Below are positions 1-15,100 of a DNA stretch of 64,000 bases, in pieces. How positions within the stretch are numbered: the stretch's first letter is position 1; each line of letters starts with the position of its first letter. The translations under genes and the position numbers were made by a program. Under the pieces are notes generated by a model. It made no database searches. It worked only from the letters and a program-made list of their open reading frames with translations, and was not told the DNA's origin. The stretch is from Bugula neritina (Eukaryota > Animalia > Bryozoa): assembly GCA_964035545.1 (NCBI GenBank), contig OZ037765.1, positions 33,479,504 through 33,543,503 on the forward strand, in the 5' to 3' direction.

Positions 1-67
1 TTCTTGCTAACTCTGAGATGCACTTCCTCTTTTTCACAAGAGTTTGCGCTGATTGCCGAAATGCCAT
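1..67 (-). CDS. Putative N-terminus of an unidentified gene (MAFRQSAQTLVKKRKCISELAR..., continues beyond the window start)
   Basis: Minus-strand ATG at 67-65 with an in-frame TGA two codons upstream, inside an exon opened by an acceptor (ttatgattcag) near 130. Upstream candidate exon about 1206-1127 (tttgcag...GTAGGT) and strong GTAAGT donors at 1461 and 2086 suggest 5'UTR exons. No homology recognised. Confidence 0.35.
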   Translation of the reverse strand, partial: MAFRQSAQTLVKKRKCISELAR

Positions 68-3000
68 GTCTCAGTTAATACAGAACTTCCAGTATCTGCT
101 CTGGAAAGCTACCTCAATAGCTGCGATGTCTGAATCATAAATATAGCTATATGTGAACCAGTGATAAATCTGGGCTACTCATAATTTGGTAAGGGATTAT
201 ATACTACGGTTTGTAAGGATTATCAGCTGTGGCAGTATAATACTAAAGGTACTGTACAAGGAAAAGTTTATGAGTGTCAACTAATAGTTTATATAATAAT
301 ATAATAATATAGTAATATGCAGGTCAAACAGAATGTATAATACAGATTACATTTGTTGCAATTGACTGCTTGATAAACATGTGCAATAACCCATGTAAAA
401 CCCAGTCATTGAAGTTCATCTATTAATACAATATTGTATATCTCATCGTTATAGCAAAGATAATGTTGAAGACAGAGCGTTATAGTGACAATTTTTGACC
501 ATAATAATATTTCTAGAAATGTTAATGTGTTGAAAGTGAAATTCTATAAACTTGTTGTAATTGACATGATTTTTGAATAGACAAAAATCCATTGGCTCGA
601 GTGCAGTAAATGAGTGTTACGCTACATACGCTAAAGATATTTATTTCTGTTAAAGAATTTAGCTCCCTGGTTAATAAAGTAAAGCATTTAAGACTCAGAG
701 GGCAACTGTAAGACATTCCATATACCAACCACAAATATAATAAAATATTAAAATAACATTGCATTGAAAAGAGAAATGATAAAAGGTGATCCATGAGCTG
801 CAATATTAAAACATAATATAAAACCGTGTAAGAGAGGGTGTGAATAGAAATCTACAATAATTAAACACAATTACAACAAACTGAAGATAAAACATGGAGG
901 AGAAACTCTAAAGTTATATGCTTACTAGCCCTATTTCTATCAGATATTCCTAGTTTGAGGAACCGTCTGCTTGCCCGAAATTCAAGCCCCAACGCTAAAC
1001 CAATTTTTCAAAGACCTAGATAAGTTATGTGAGCAACCATCAGATGTTTTACATGAATACAGAGTTGAGAGATTACACTTGGTAATGGAAGAACATGTTA
1101 AACAGGTAGTATATGCCCAATACCTACCCCTTCAGAAATAGACGAAGCCACTTCCAAATGCGGAGGACCTAGGTGCTGCAGCCAGCAGTGTCTAGTAGCT
1201 ATTTCCTGCAAATATACATATCATGATCAGAACTCATGGTGGTGACAGGTTGACATATAGGTTAATGAAAAAGAATTACCTACAGTGTCTAGGACGGCCT
1301 GGAGCTTAGCAAAAGTATACTGGATAATGCACACTTCAGTAATAATATGTTATACATTAACCGACATGCTATTCAAGCGTGAGGATGATTTATGGTTGGA
1401 ACTAGTTCGATAAGTCAAGTTAATTTTAAAAGTGACCTAGATTCTCAAACATGAAACTTACCGTCAGTCACGTGTATATGCTAGCAGCTAGCGCAATGTG
1501 ATAGTTTTAAGGTAACTAGAATGTGGTAAGGTTAGAAATGGTTAGGAAAGGACAGTGTACAGCCCACTGATCCCAAATATTGAGTATTTGTGATAAACCA
1601 GGGTTCTACGACCACAATGCTGACATGAAACTGAAAGTATAATAGACTGAGAGTAAACAGTGTACAAGCGAGTTCATCTGTAAACTAACTGTTCAGCTAA
1701 TTGTAGCACTTGCAGAGGTTATAAACACACTGCATTTTCTATTATAGCTTCATAAACCCTTTCTAATCAAGCATTTCTGCACCTAGCTGGGCATTTATTG
1801 GTTTCAAACAAACTTGAAATTATTATCATGCAGGCAGTCTATTTTATAACAGGCTTAAATATGTATTCTATAATAGGCATGCATGTGTTTTGCCCACAAA
1901 GTCATTTAAACATACTAGAATTGTTGACAAGCTCGAAATGCGTTGAATTATTATGCGCGCAGCAAAAGTCACAGCCTCACATGAAGTATTTGCACGTGCA
2001 TTCACATTGCCATGTGAACTGGAGTGTGACATGGATATGGTGAAAAATAACCCAGGCGGAGAACTGTTCACGACCTATTCACTTACGGTTCCTCTACAAG
2101 GCCAGTCTGCGAGCTTCATTCTTTCTCAAGAAAAACAGTTAATTAAAGTATTATAAGTAGCAAATTCATTATTAATTTATTTCAATTATTTACACTTAAA
2201 CCACAAGAACTCAAAGTGAAAGCTTCGTGTTGTTTGTTTGATTCTTTACACAATGAAAATATTATGAATATGATAAGATAACTCTTCATGAAAGTTTTCT
2301 TCAGCATTTTTCTTATTATATAACAAAAGCATAACAGAGTCAATAACACATACAACTTTTGATTTACATTTTATTATATATGAACTGTATATTATATACA
2401 TGCAATACATCATCATATATAGTAAATGTTGAAATTTTATACTAGGCCATCATTTTCAACTGTAGACATTGCGTTTAAACATTAAGAACTGTTGATTTTG
2501 AAAAAGAAATAATTCAACAGGTCCAAGAGATTGTATCTGAAGTGCAAAAAAAATAAAAATTTCAAATTAGGAAAAAAGCAAAACAAAAGAAGAAATAAAA
2601 AGTTAATAATAGCAAAATATCATACAATATAATTGATTGGAATAATGAAGGGAAGAAAGAAAAATAATAGTAATATGAAACTTTATTATATAATGCATCA
2701 TACTACAATGCCATCACAACTACAAGTTAATGAAATTGTTAGTGTAAGATGTTTCTAATTATCATAAAGAACTTATCTATTAATAGTGTTACGTTCATGT
2801 AAACCAACTGTATAAATATATAAACATTTAAACAGAGTTACACTCGTTTATTGACATGAATTTCGTAGACTAGAATTTATTCATGATGTAGTTTATTCAA
2901 ATTGTTTGAACCAAACTGTAGCTTATGATAGTCTTGATTTACTCTTCTAAAATTTAGTCGGGGATAAAATAAAAATAAAATAAAATAAATGACTTTTTCT

Positions 3001-3162
3001 GCTTAAGCGCAAAAACAAACGTAAATTGCATTCATTCAAAACAATTTTGATTCCTGCACAAACAAAATTTAGTACGAATAAAGAGATAAGAAGGAAATTA
3101 TAGTATCCGTTAATAAATTGTGCTGATAACCATTACTATGGCAACACAAAACAACCTTGACC

Positions 3163-6100
3163 TCAAGTAGGTCTAGAGCAATACGGAGTGGAAGTCCACA
3201 GGCCATCAGACTGACACATAATGAAGGCGGGACCTCTCCGCATATAGCCTGGGGGACAGGTGAAGGCCAGGTAGTGTCTGTAGGTATACTCAGTACCATA
3301 TAATGTTACCAGGGAGTTGTCTACTGCCGGCCTTCCACAGGATATACCTGGAGTAATGATGACATAAAGGGTTATAAAGAAAGAGCAGTCAATCAGCATA
3401 AGAGTTGTATGTCTAAGTGATACTTTGGAAATATATTATATGTCTACGGAAATTGCTTAGAGCAGCACAGAGTTGGGAGTCGCTGAGTGAAATGTGTCAA
3501 ATGAGGAGCTTAAAGTAACCCCAAAGTTTGCGCTGCATCTAGTGATATCCTGTAGCTTAAATAACTAAACAGCTGTAACACGCAACTGGCATAGTAATGG
3601 TATGCGCACAGCTAAGAGTCACAGCTCGAATAGTACATATTATATACATGATAGAGTAAACTCTTACGTTGACAATTGGATTGATGCTGTGACCAACTGG
3701 TGTTGCGTAGACAAATAAGTTGAGTGCTACCAGAATATCCGGTACCACAGGCTAAAGATATTGTATCTCCATTGTAATAAGTTGTAGCCTTAGATTCTAC
3801 AGGTGAGTTTGTAGGAGGAGTGCACCGTGGCCGGGCTGAAACACCACAAATATGGTTAATCAATATCACACAGCAGAATTTTTATTTCTGTGCGTGTGTG
3901 TGTGTGTGTGTCCGTGTGTGTGTGTGTGTGTGTGTGTGCGTGAGTGTGTGTGTCTTTGATATACAATAATAAACGTAATCAATGTATAACTCTAGTCATG
4001 TATAAACAGAGCCAAGTTTAGCTGTAGAGAGAGAATTACATTATATTGCATAATGCCAAAATATATCAGATAAACATGTGTTCATGTCCTGAAATTTCTT
4101 GCTTTATTTCTCAAAACTTAAAAAGGAGTTGGCTCATATTTTTCCTTTCTAGTAACAGATTCAACTGGCTTACCTTTACAAGACTGATACAAAACAGTTT
4201 ACTAAAGTTACAATATTTTTTTAGGAAATACATGTTTATGCATTAGTCTATAATATCTTGCAGATACCAACAACTTCCTATGTAGAACTATTAATATCCA
4301 GTGTAACTCAAATATTCATATTCTATGCAGGACAAAAACTTTTTTGCTACACAAAATGGACATTGAAATGTTTGAGCAGCAGAAATGGAAGAAAGCAGAA
4401 AGAAATAAAGAAAATAACACACTAAACACACATGCAGAAAACCAACCACATTTATTCTACCTGTACAGTGTGCAGAGAGGGGAAATCTCCAGACTCCTGA
4501 GTCCACACAGGTGATATTTATAACAGCTGCCTGCATTTCATACCCTTCCTGGCAGAGAGCTAGCACCGTGTCATTGACATAGTAGACTGAGTCTCTAGTA
4601 GTATTCAGAGCCATCATGTTAGGGGGGAGATTTAGGGTCCCACATCTTGTGACTGCAAACAACCACATACCAAATAATTAGTATTTCCAAATAATTTAGC
4701 TGATTCAATCAACTGAACTGTATTAAAGAAAAATTATTGTTTTGATATAAACTATATTTTACTGATGCTAGTAAACGAAAATATAAACAATAGAAAAGAT
4801 TAGACGATAGAAAACTATTACAAGAGAAGACAACTCCTAAATGACGCAGTGGCGATAGTTCATCTCCCATTTTGTACTAGCAAATACTGGCAGATTATAC
4901 CTAGAATACAACGTATAGCAAAATTAGTGTTATAACCTAAATTCACTCACGTGTGCATGTAGGAAGATTTGTAGTCCAAGTTCTATTTGCCAGACATAGT
5001 ATGTTACCATTGCCTTCTAACTGATACCCTTTATAACAACTTGCAATGGCTGTAGAACCTAAGCTAAATCCATTATAAGTGATATACCTGCAGAATACAT
5101 CACATACAAGGATCGTATCAAGACTAAGGTCCAAGACTATCTTAATACGCTGTATTTGTATTCAACACGTTACTTTAGAGGCTAAATCGCCATGCGAGAA
5201 GCTTCAAACTCCTTTCCAAAACTAATTAAAAATTATGAGACTAAAATGTGTTTTCTTTGCAGAACCAAGCAATTTTTATAATTTGGATTTTTTCTACTAA
5301 ATTTAAGTAATAAACTCTAAGTAGTTCTATCTAGAGTAGAACTGAAACCAACTCTGCTAGAATACAGCTGTCTAAATGAGATATAACTGAAAGTTAGCAT
5401 GACATATACATTCAGGGTTGAGTTCAGAGCTGGTCATCTCTATTAACTCTCAGATGAATTGACCAGACGGAAACTAAAAGCTGAATCTCACCCATTAGAC
5501 ATCGGGGTAATGTCCGATAAGCAATATTTCTCTTTACAGTAAGGCAAGGGATGCCGCCACTCTCCACTATCACACTGTGCTACATCATCTCCTACTAACT
5601 CAAAGTCAGTATCACAGAGTAGCGTCACATTGTCTCCATGGGTATATATGTCACGGCTACCTAAATACAGTAGTGTGCTATAAGCATACCATGCAGCGTC
5701 ACAGTGATCGTAATAATCACAACACAGTTTAGGTTTATGTTGTCACACTTGCAAAAGCTTTATAAAAACTTCTTGAAGCTCCTAGAAGCTTCTAGAACAT
5801 TTTCCAGTAGAATTGATAGATTTATCGGCTTTATTATAAAATATATACGATTTGCAAAAAGTTATCATACATTAGACTAGAATCAGCTTATTCTATGGCT
5901 TTGTAATTACATTACCCTGCTCACCCTAAAAATGACTATGTCAAACACAGCAAACAAAAATATAGATGTACAATGACATTTTATTAGGGCTTGAAAATTG
6001 TATAATAAAGTTGTTATGACTTTATGTATGAAGCTAGATTTGTTTTATGTGGTTTCAATTACTGGCTAGTGGATCTCTCAGACTGCAGACCTAGTTATGA

Positions 6101-9100
6101 AATGTAAACCTAGACTAGAATGCAGCCTTACAAGACACAGCTGAAAAGGGAGGGGTCTCACACCCCTTCCCCTCCCCGCACCTAACATTACCATTAGAAA
6201 TTTGTAGGCCCTCAGTGAGGAGAATATCTGGGCATGTGGAGATGGTACAGTTAATGTTTGTGACATTCCAGCCTGATGACTCATTACAGTAAGATATTCC
6301 AGAACCATCCATCTGGTATCCTGTAAGAGTAAACCTATCAGGTAGATGTCAAGTAGAGTGGCATGGAACACAGCAACGAGGTGCAGCCCTTTGAGAAGAT
6401 TAATTTGAAAAGGCTTTAAAATATTTTCACTGTAAAACTGTTGATAGACAAAAATCGATTATATTAGCAAATATGCCACCTAATAGTTCAAAATTAGGTT
6501 TGATTGAACAAAGGTTATCTGATAAAACACCCTTCAGTAATGTTCTACAAATAAATAATTTACAATATAATGCTGGAAAGAAAACAAACTCATTCTAAAA
6601 TTATACAGATACAAAGTTAGCACAAGCTTGTTGATTCATACAGCATAAGCTATCATAGGAATAAAACTCTGCAAAATGAAAATATAGCCTCAAAAACCAT
6701 TCTAACACCCATTGGCATCAGAGGTCACGAACCTTCATCACAGGTGTATCTAGCAGAATAGTCAGCGTAGATGTCAGCAACGAGGGAATTATTGGTGACG
6801 ACAAAGTGGCTGTTCTCTAGTGTGGGAGGTTCAATTAATGAACACAACTTGGCAACACAAGTGGGTATGTCACTGGACCATCTGCTTCCTTCACACCGCA
6901 CCAGTTCTACACCTACAAGCAGCTTATTGTACTATATACGAGGGAGATAACTCCAACACCCCAATACCAGCGGAAAAATATGTTATATAATAGACTGAAA
7001 CATGGTTGGAACAGGAAATACTGCATTAATAGTTCATAGTTGCTTAAATAACTTATTTTTTATAAAATATATAACTCATTTTTATAAAACTAAAACCAGA
7101 GTTTACCAATATAAAGTTACATAATAGATATATGACTAATATTAATTAAGGTCGTTAAGTTTATTGTCAACAAGATAGAAATAAAGCATCAAAGAATGAA
7201 ATAACAACAGCAAACCTTCCAACTGATAGCCTGAGTGGCAGTCAAACTGAACCTCTAAGCCAACGTCTGCTGTTAATATCTCCATGGTGATATGAGGGAG
7301 TGTCTCAGGGAGGGAACATAACTCCTGACCACAAATAATACTCTCAACTCCTTTCCTGTATAAGTGTATGCAGTTTGTATATATATTTGGCTATAGCATA
7401 GGAAGAGTGACACGCTCTCACATGCATCGTCAAGCTTGCTAAGAAGTTTATCACTATGCTGACAAGATGACTTAAAGGAGTTTGCAGTGGCGCAGAGAGG
7501 ATTATAACCAAATGATTTTCCTGAGATGACAAGACAATACAATTGTTTCAAACTACATATAGCTGCTCTCTACGTAACCTTTTTACGATAAGAGGAGAGG
7601 AATTTGACCGCAAAATAAACGCTTTAGCCTACTTTAAAAACTCTTTCCATCAGGGGTTCTCACAGGGATGTAAGCATTGAGTTTCATATGAAAAAATATA
7701 TACTCAATTATTGCTTTCAAATGACCGCATAAACCAAGTTACAATCCTCTGTAGGTAAAAGGTAGAGAAGTATTGAGTATTAATTGTTTTAGAAATGACA
7801 TATATTTCTACACAAGACATCAATAAAACACGATGAGAACATGCAATGAGCTCTACAATGAGCTCTAATAAAACTCACCATTGACCTTTACCAGAACAAG
7901 TAATGTTGAAAGCACCTCCCCCAAGTAACGTATCTTCCAGACACTCATACGTGACTACAGAGCTGTACTGATATACATCTGATGGGGTGACTTGTTTAGC
8001 CTTAGCACCAGTAACATCAGGTAGAGAGGGGCACAGTACAGGAGAGCACGACTCCATCTGTGTATAGAAGGAAAAATGTGAGATCTGAGCTAAAAGCACT
8101 TTCTTTATGAAGACCTTTAGCACTAACAAAAAGCAACCAGCAAAAAGCAACTAGCATAAAGCAAGTAGCAAAAGAAAGTTAGAAGTTGAGAACTGCCAGT
8201 AATTTAGGACTTTGTTAGTTAATTGCAAATTTCTAGCCAGTATGTTGTAGGTAAAGAAATTACACAAAACGGTAACAAAATAAGAATAATTCAACTATAT
8301 ACATGTATATTATATCTAAGTTGACAGTCTATAGCCTACCTCTGGTTTCCAGGACCCGTCCTCCGTGCAGACAGATGTGGAGTTGTGGGGTCTTGTGTAT
8401 CCAGTGTGGCACACAACTGTAGCCTCGGATCCATAACTTGTTGCATTAACATATACATCAGCATCGAGGATGTGGGAGAAGTCAGAAACACAGTCTATGA
8501 GTTGACATTGTGGAGAATCAGGAGCCCACGAGGAGTTGCCTTCACATTTCAGAGTTGGTATTCCAATCATAGAATAACCAGCGTCACAGAAATATGTAGC
8601 ATTAGATCCAAAGGTTGTGTTGGTGTAGTGGACACTACCACTAGCTATGCTAGGAGCAGGTCCACAGTCTACAGGCTCACAATAAGGGAAGGGTGGGCTC
8701 CACGTCCCACCTTCCTGACAGTTAGACTGAGCACTACCTTGCAGAGTGTATCCTTCAGCACAGGTGAAGGACACTGTAGAGTTAGTGTAGTCAAAAACTA
8801 CTAGGTGATCACGGCTTTGTGGAACACAGGCTATCCTAACACAGGAGAGGTTGAGGGGTAAGTTCAGCCATTCACCTTCACCGTTACATGTAACAGGTGA
8901 AACACTGGACGGGGCGAACCCTTGCTTGCAACCAAGTCTCACGGAATCTCCTTTGACGTAAGTTTTGTTGTCATTGGATGCCGAGTGAGAGACAAAAAGG
9001 AAGGGGGCGAGACAGACCCGCAAACAACTAGGAGGGGAGGTCCAGGCTCCTTGTCTATTGCATGATAGTGTAGCATTTCCTGTCAGTTGATAGCCAGCTG

Positions 9101-12100
9101 TGCAGCTATAGTTACAAGAATACAATGTGCTACAGAGATGGTGATGTGTTTGTAAAGATTGTATATTGAAAAATACGTTTTCTTAAATTTTATTAGAGCA
9201 GATGATAAAATTTGAAGAAATTCATGCCAAACGATCGGTTCTCTTCCCTCACTGAAACTGAAAGATAAATTTAGATCTTAGATTAGGAGAAACTACTATT
9301 GTATTCTATACCAGCTCACCTGTAGCTGACAGAAGATGGGGAGAGGGTCTGCATCTTAGCATGTTGTACACTAGGAGGATGGGCAGTGCACGGGGCAGCC
9401 ACACAGGATGGCGTAGCTACATCCCACTCTCCTGAGGCTAAACAAGTACGTCTGCTTTGCCCTACAGAGAAACATTGTGACAAAATATTGCATATGGAGC
9501 TTTATCTGTTGGGACTAGTGGAAAAATGTATATTTTTATACAAAAGACGCATTCTATGCATTAAATGTAATGATAACATGTTTATAAACAAAATTTAGCA
9601 TTGAAACCAGGAAATATTTTAACAGTAACAAAACACTATCAGTACCTTGAAGCCTAAAGCCATCATTGCATCGGTATTCCACTACAGAGTTGAGAAGCGT
9701 GTCATTTCCTGTGAGCTGTCCGTTAGCCACAGCGGTGAGAGACGGACAGCTGATGGGAGTGCATTCAGGGCGTCCCGAGCTCCAGCTGCCGTTTTCTAGG
9801 CAGCGTCGCACAACGCCCCCGTTTAGCTGATAGCCTTGACTGCAGACCACAACTATCATAGCACCAACTTTGAACGTCTGCAAACCACAGTCAAAACTCA
9901 CTAACAAATGAAAGATGTTTTTAATATTTGGAGAAATGAAAAGAGTAGTGATTCATGATAAATAGACACAGTTTGAGTATCTATAGAAACAAGTTGCTAC
10001 TCACAGGCGAGTTGCTAGCATAGACATGTCCGTGACTCACAGATCCAGGGTGCTGACAACTCACCAGCAGACATCTTGGCTGCCGTTCGCTGACCCAGAC
10101 ACCAGAAGACGAGCAGGTCGTCTGCTTGTCTCCTACCAGAGTCAGCCCCTCATCACAGCCGTATCTAGCAGTGCTGTTGTACGTGAACCTCTCTGCTGTG
10201 ACGCTACCATTTACTATAGCCTGAGGCTCACCACAGCTAACAGCAACACAACGGGGGGTCTCCATGTTCCAAACACCGCCCGCCATACAGCGAAGGACAG
10301 AATTTGATGCGGCATCAAGTGAATAGCCTTCATTACACGAAACACTAACAATTGAGTTGAACGATGTAGAGTTTCCTATAATGACCCCATTGGTAATTTC
10401 TAAAACAGGGCATTGAATAGAATCACAGACTACCAGGGGTGAAGAGATATTCCACAGGAGTGTAGGAAGACAGGCAATAGAGTAGAGGGGTAGAGAAGGA
10501 GTGTAACCCTGAACACACACAGGAGATAAAACTGTACCCACATATAGACTAGTTTCTAATACAGAAGAGTTGACTGAAGTTAGTGTCTCATTGTTATATA
10601 TGACTGTATCTCTACTCTGTGAAGGTATCCAGTAACCATTGTGTATACCCTCTGGGGGAGGACAACTCTGAAGTGTACAATTAGTATTCTCTTTATATAA
10701 CCATGTGCCGTTAGCTTGACAGTAGTTCATTACCGGCCCTTCCACCTCATATCCTGTTACAAATATAAAAAAATCTCATCACAAATGTGGGACAACTCCA
10801 TGCAGTGAAAATCTTAAATTTAATCAATGCTACGAATACCCATATAACAGCTAAACATTTCTAAAATGGTATTATAAGTTGAAATCTGTCTATCTAAACT
10901 AATATAATTGCTGCCAATTAAATACTAATAAAATAGACGCATAATTCTATCAACACAAAATAATGTATTTTAATAGAATGTCCAGTGTGATAATTCGCAG
11001 AGTGTAACATCAAAAGAGCTGATGTACGTGAGATTTGATTTTTGTAATGAATGACAGCTATATTTGTGTTAAATCACAGTGTGAACACAAGTATATTTAA
11101 CTTTACCTGTATCACAAAAAATAGTTACAACCGAACCATATGTGTTATTCCCATCAATATACCCATTAACAGGACTTAGCAGTGGCGGACACACAACTAG
11201 AGAGCAAGAGGGGGCGGAGTGACTCCAATTCTTACTAGATAAACAGTATATCACATCCACTCCTTCCAGAGTATGCCTGGAATAAGAGTATATCAGGTCA
11301 ATATTTAGGGAGTATCTGCAGAAAATATATAGTCTAAAATAAGATGTAATATGAAGTGTTCAACATACATACCCAGGCATACAAGAGAATGTTATGTTAG
11401 AGCCATAAGTCAAGCCTTCATAATAGGAGAGTATATTAGGTCCAAGGACTGGTAGAGGACAGTTAAACAGTTCACAAGATGGCGAATATCCTGACCAATC
11501 ACCTTCTGCAGTACAAGTCCTTGTTGACTGGCCAATCAGCTCATATCTAACAAGAAAACAAGTATTTTAAACTGAAAAAGTTAGAAGAATGATATTTGTG
11601 AAATGTTCCTTAAAAGAAACTAAACAAGAAACAGAAACTTAGAAATCTAATTTAAAAGAAGAAATTTCATAACTCATTTCAGTTTTTTCTTGGTATACAA
11701 AAAGAAAAGTTTTAGACAGAAAAAAAGCAACTGAGAAAAGGTTTATATATCTTAGAGCTGCTTAGAACTTTCCAACTAACCCCAGCTCACAGCTGTAAGT
11801 GACGTTTGAGGAGTAGCTAGTCGAAGTGTAGTTGAGGATCCCATTAGAAACATCAGGTGGGGCATCACATACTACCTCAACACAATCAGGGATCATAGAG
11901 CTCCAGCTAGAATTGTTTGTACAAAACAGTTCTTGTTCTCCAACGAGTGTATAGCCTTCTACACACGAGAACTTCACTACATCTCCAAGCTGCCTGCCTA
12001 CAGAGCTAATAATCAGTTTATTGTTCTCTGGTTGGATATCTGGACATGTGATCAGAAGACAGTAAGACTCAGTACCACTCCAGCTGGTGTTTGATAGGCA

Positions 12101-15100
12101 GGTACGGTATCTATCACCTATCAGTCTATATCCATACCTACACGTGTATACTATCTCACTACCATATCTGGTAGAGTTACTAGGTGAGTGTACAGATGTG
12201 TTGTTATCTGTAGTGGGCAGTGGACATTGGATAGGATCACAGACTACCAGGGGTGTAGAGATATTCCACAGGAGTGTAGGGAGACAGGTAATAGAGTAGA
12301 GGGGTATAGAAGGAGTGTAACCCTCAATACACGCAGGAGATAAAATTGTACCGACATATAGACTAGTTTCTAACACAGAAGAGTTGACTGAAGTTAGTGT
12401 CTCATTGTTATATCTGACTGTATCTCTACTCTGTGAAGGTATCCAGTAACCATTGTGTATACCCTCTGGGGGAGGACAACTCTGAAGTGTACAATTAGTA
12501 CTCGCTTTATATAACCATGTGCCGTTAGCTTGACAGTAGTTCATTACTGGCCCTTCCACCTCATATCCTGTGTAGAAAATGTGATGTGAGAATAAAAAGT
12601 TAAAACCATGAAACATTTATTTAATAGCCAAACATTTGAGCTCACTATTTTACCTTTTGCACAAGAGTATGTGACATAAGAACCGAATGTGTTGTTTCCT
12701 GTGACGTCACCATGATATGGCTGTTGAAGTGGTGGACACAATACTAGAGAGCAGGAGGGGGGAACGCCACTCCAGTTTTGATCTGATAAACACCGAATTT
12801 TATTGTCTCCAACAAGATTGTATCTACAGAAAAATGTATCATTTAAACTTATTCAATGCATATATATGCGAAGAATATCTACTGTATTCAGTGTGATTGA
12901 GTAGTACAACTGTACAAGTATGATACATTTTCCCTACTTTGGTACATGCTAACCTAGGATATCACAATCATGCATTAGTTTACAAATCTATATAACACAT
13001 TGTATACACTGGTATCTATACACAGGTCCCTGCTCCCATGGCAATAATTCTACCATAGCAACTGGTAGAGCTTTTCTCAGCAAGTAAAATAACCGTTGAA
13101 GATTTGACTCCTTAAATGTTAACTTTTATTTAATTTTTGCTTTCAAATATTTTCTATTTCCAATTCTGCATCTCAAAACACATCTCAGATAAAAGTATAT
13201 ATCACATAAATACATACCCAGGCATACAAGAGAATGTGATGTTAGAGCCATAAGTCAAGCCTTCATAATAGGAGAGTATATTAGGTCCAAAGTCTGGTAG
13301 AGGACAGTTAAACAGTTCACAAGATGGCGGATATCCTGACCAATCACCTTCTGCAGTACAAGTCCGTGTTGACTGGCCAATCAGCTTATATCTTACAAGA
13401 AAAGCACAAGTAAATCCACAGAACAAAAGCTTTCAGTTGTAAGTTAACTTTAGGTACATTTTAATAACACTAAGTAACTTACCCGAATTTACATGTGTAA
13501 GTGACATTTGAGGAGTAGCTAGTCAAAGTGTAGTTGAGGATCCCATTAGGAATGTTGGGTGGGGCATCACATACCACCTCAACACAATCAGGGATGGCAA
13601 AACTCCAGCTGGAATTGTCTGTACAAAATATTTCTTGTTCTCCAACGAGTTTATAGCCTTCTACACAAGAAAACTTCACTACATCTCCAAGCTTCCTGCC
13701 TACAGAGCTAATGATCAGGTTATTGTTCTCTGGTTGAGCATCTGGACATGTGATTAAAAGACAGTAAGACTCAGTACCACTCCAGCTGGTGTTTGATAGA
13801 CAGGTACGGTATCTATCACCTATCAGTCTATAACCATATCTACACGTGTATACTATCTCACTACCATATCTAGTAGAGTTACTAGGTGAGTGTACAGATG
13901 TGTTGTCATCTGTGGTGGGTAGTGGGCATTGGATAGGATCGCAAGCTACCAGGAGTGTAGATAAGTTACCAGGAAACTGAGAGCTAGAATTATCGAGACC
14001 TAACCAAGACCCCTCAATACCGCACACTAGAACTCTATCTATTGTTTGGTAACCATCGTGACAGATAACCTCAGCTGATTGGCCATAACTTGTGTTATGA
14101 TATTGAATGAGACCATTTGGTATCGTAACAGGAAGTAAAGGGCAGATGATTGGTTCACAGACAGGGGGTGGTGAACTCCACACCCCGTCACTTGTACAAA
14201 ATAGCTCAGAATCTCCAATCAGTTTATATCCTAGGCTACATTTTACAACTGTTCGTGATTTGTAGTGATTGTCTGAGGAGATAACCAGCCCATTCTGCAA
14301 CTCTCTCACTTCTGGACACTTTACTATTTCACAAGATGAAGAAACAAAACTCCATGTTCCGGTTGCTTTACACAGAATCGTAGAGTTACCGACTAAATTG
14401 TAGCCTCGGTGACACGTAAATGTAACTACAGACTTGTATGTGAGGCTAGAATAGCCCACCCAACCATTACTTATATTCCTAGGTGGATCACAAGCTATTT
14501 GGATACAGGAAGGTGGGTGGGAGCTCCACGCCCCGTTGAGCTGACAAGTAGAGAAGGAAACTCCCTTCATACGATACCCTTTGTCACATGTGTACTCTAC
14601 AGATTGGTTGTAGTCTGTGGAGCTCTCAATAAACACTCTACCTAGAATGGTGAAACAACTCCGATTAAATCTTTGCTACATGCAGATTGTAATAATAAAA
14701 GTAACAACACAAAACTTAAAAATGATTTATTTCATTTTTCGGTTTTAGAAAAATTTTTTGAGCCTAAAGATGTCTCTTTGCAAACTAAAATAGATAAATA
14801 GATGACATTCAGTAACTATAAGCTTTTCCAAGAGTTGCCAATAGTCCTATATTTTAGGAATCTAACATGCATACTATATTATAATAAGGCCTGTTTCATT
14901 CTAGATAAAAATAATATAATTAGAAAATATTAATATAATTGAACGTATTTACTAAAACAAGTTATGAGTCATAAGGTAAGTCACCAACCGCAAGACATAT
15001 AAGTTAAGTTACAGCACAAGAGTTGACCAGCAGCTAGCAGTATATACAAACCATGAGGCGGTGCAGACGGTCTGGTACACGATACTCTTACACAGGGAGA

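Noticed and set aside
7344-7551. Extra SVEP1 exon upstream of 7355
   Set aside because: The acceptor near 7521 gives a stop in the required phase; exon 8057-7879 joins 7355 cleanly to complete a CCP.
8385-14645. Plus-strand ORFs at 8385, 9386, 10026, 12087 and 14409
   Set aside because: Antisense shadows of SVEP1 exons with no independent coding signal.
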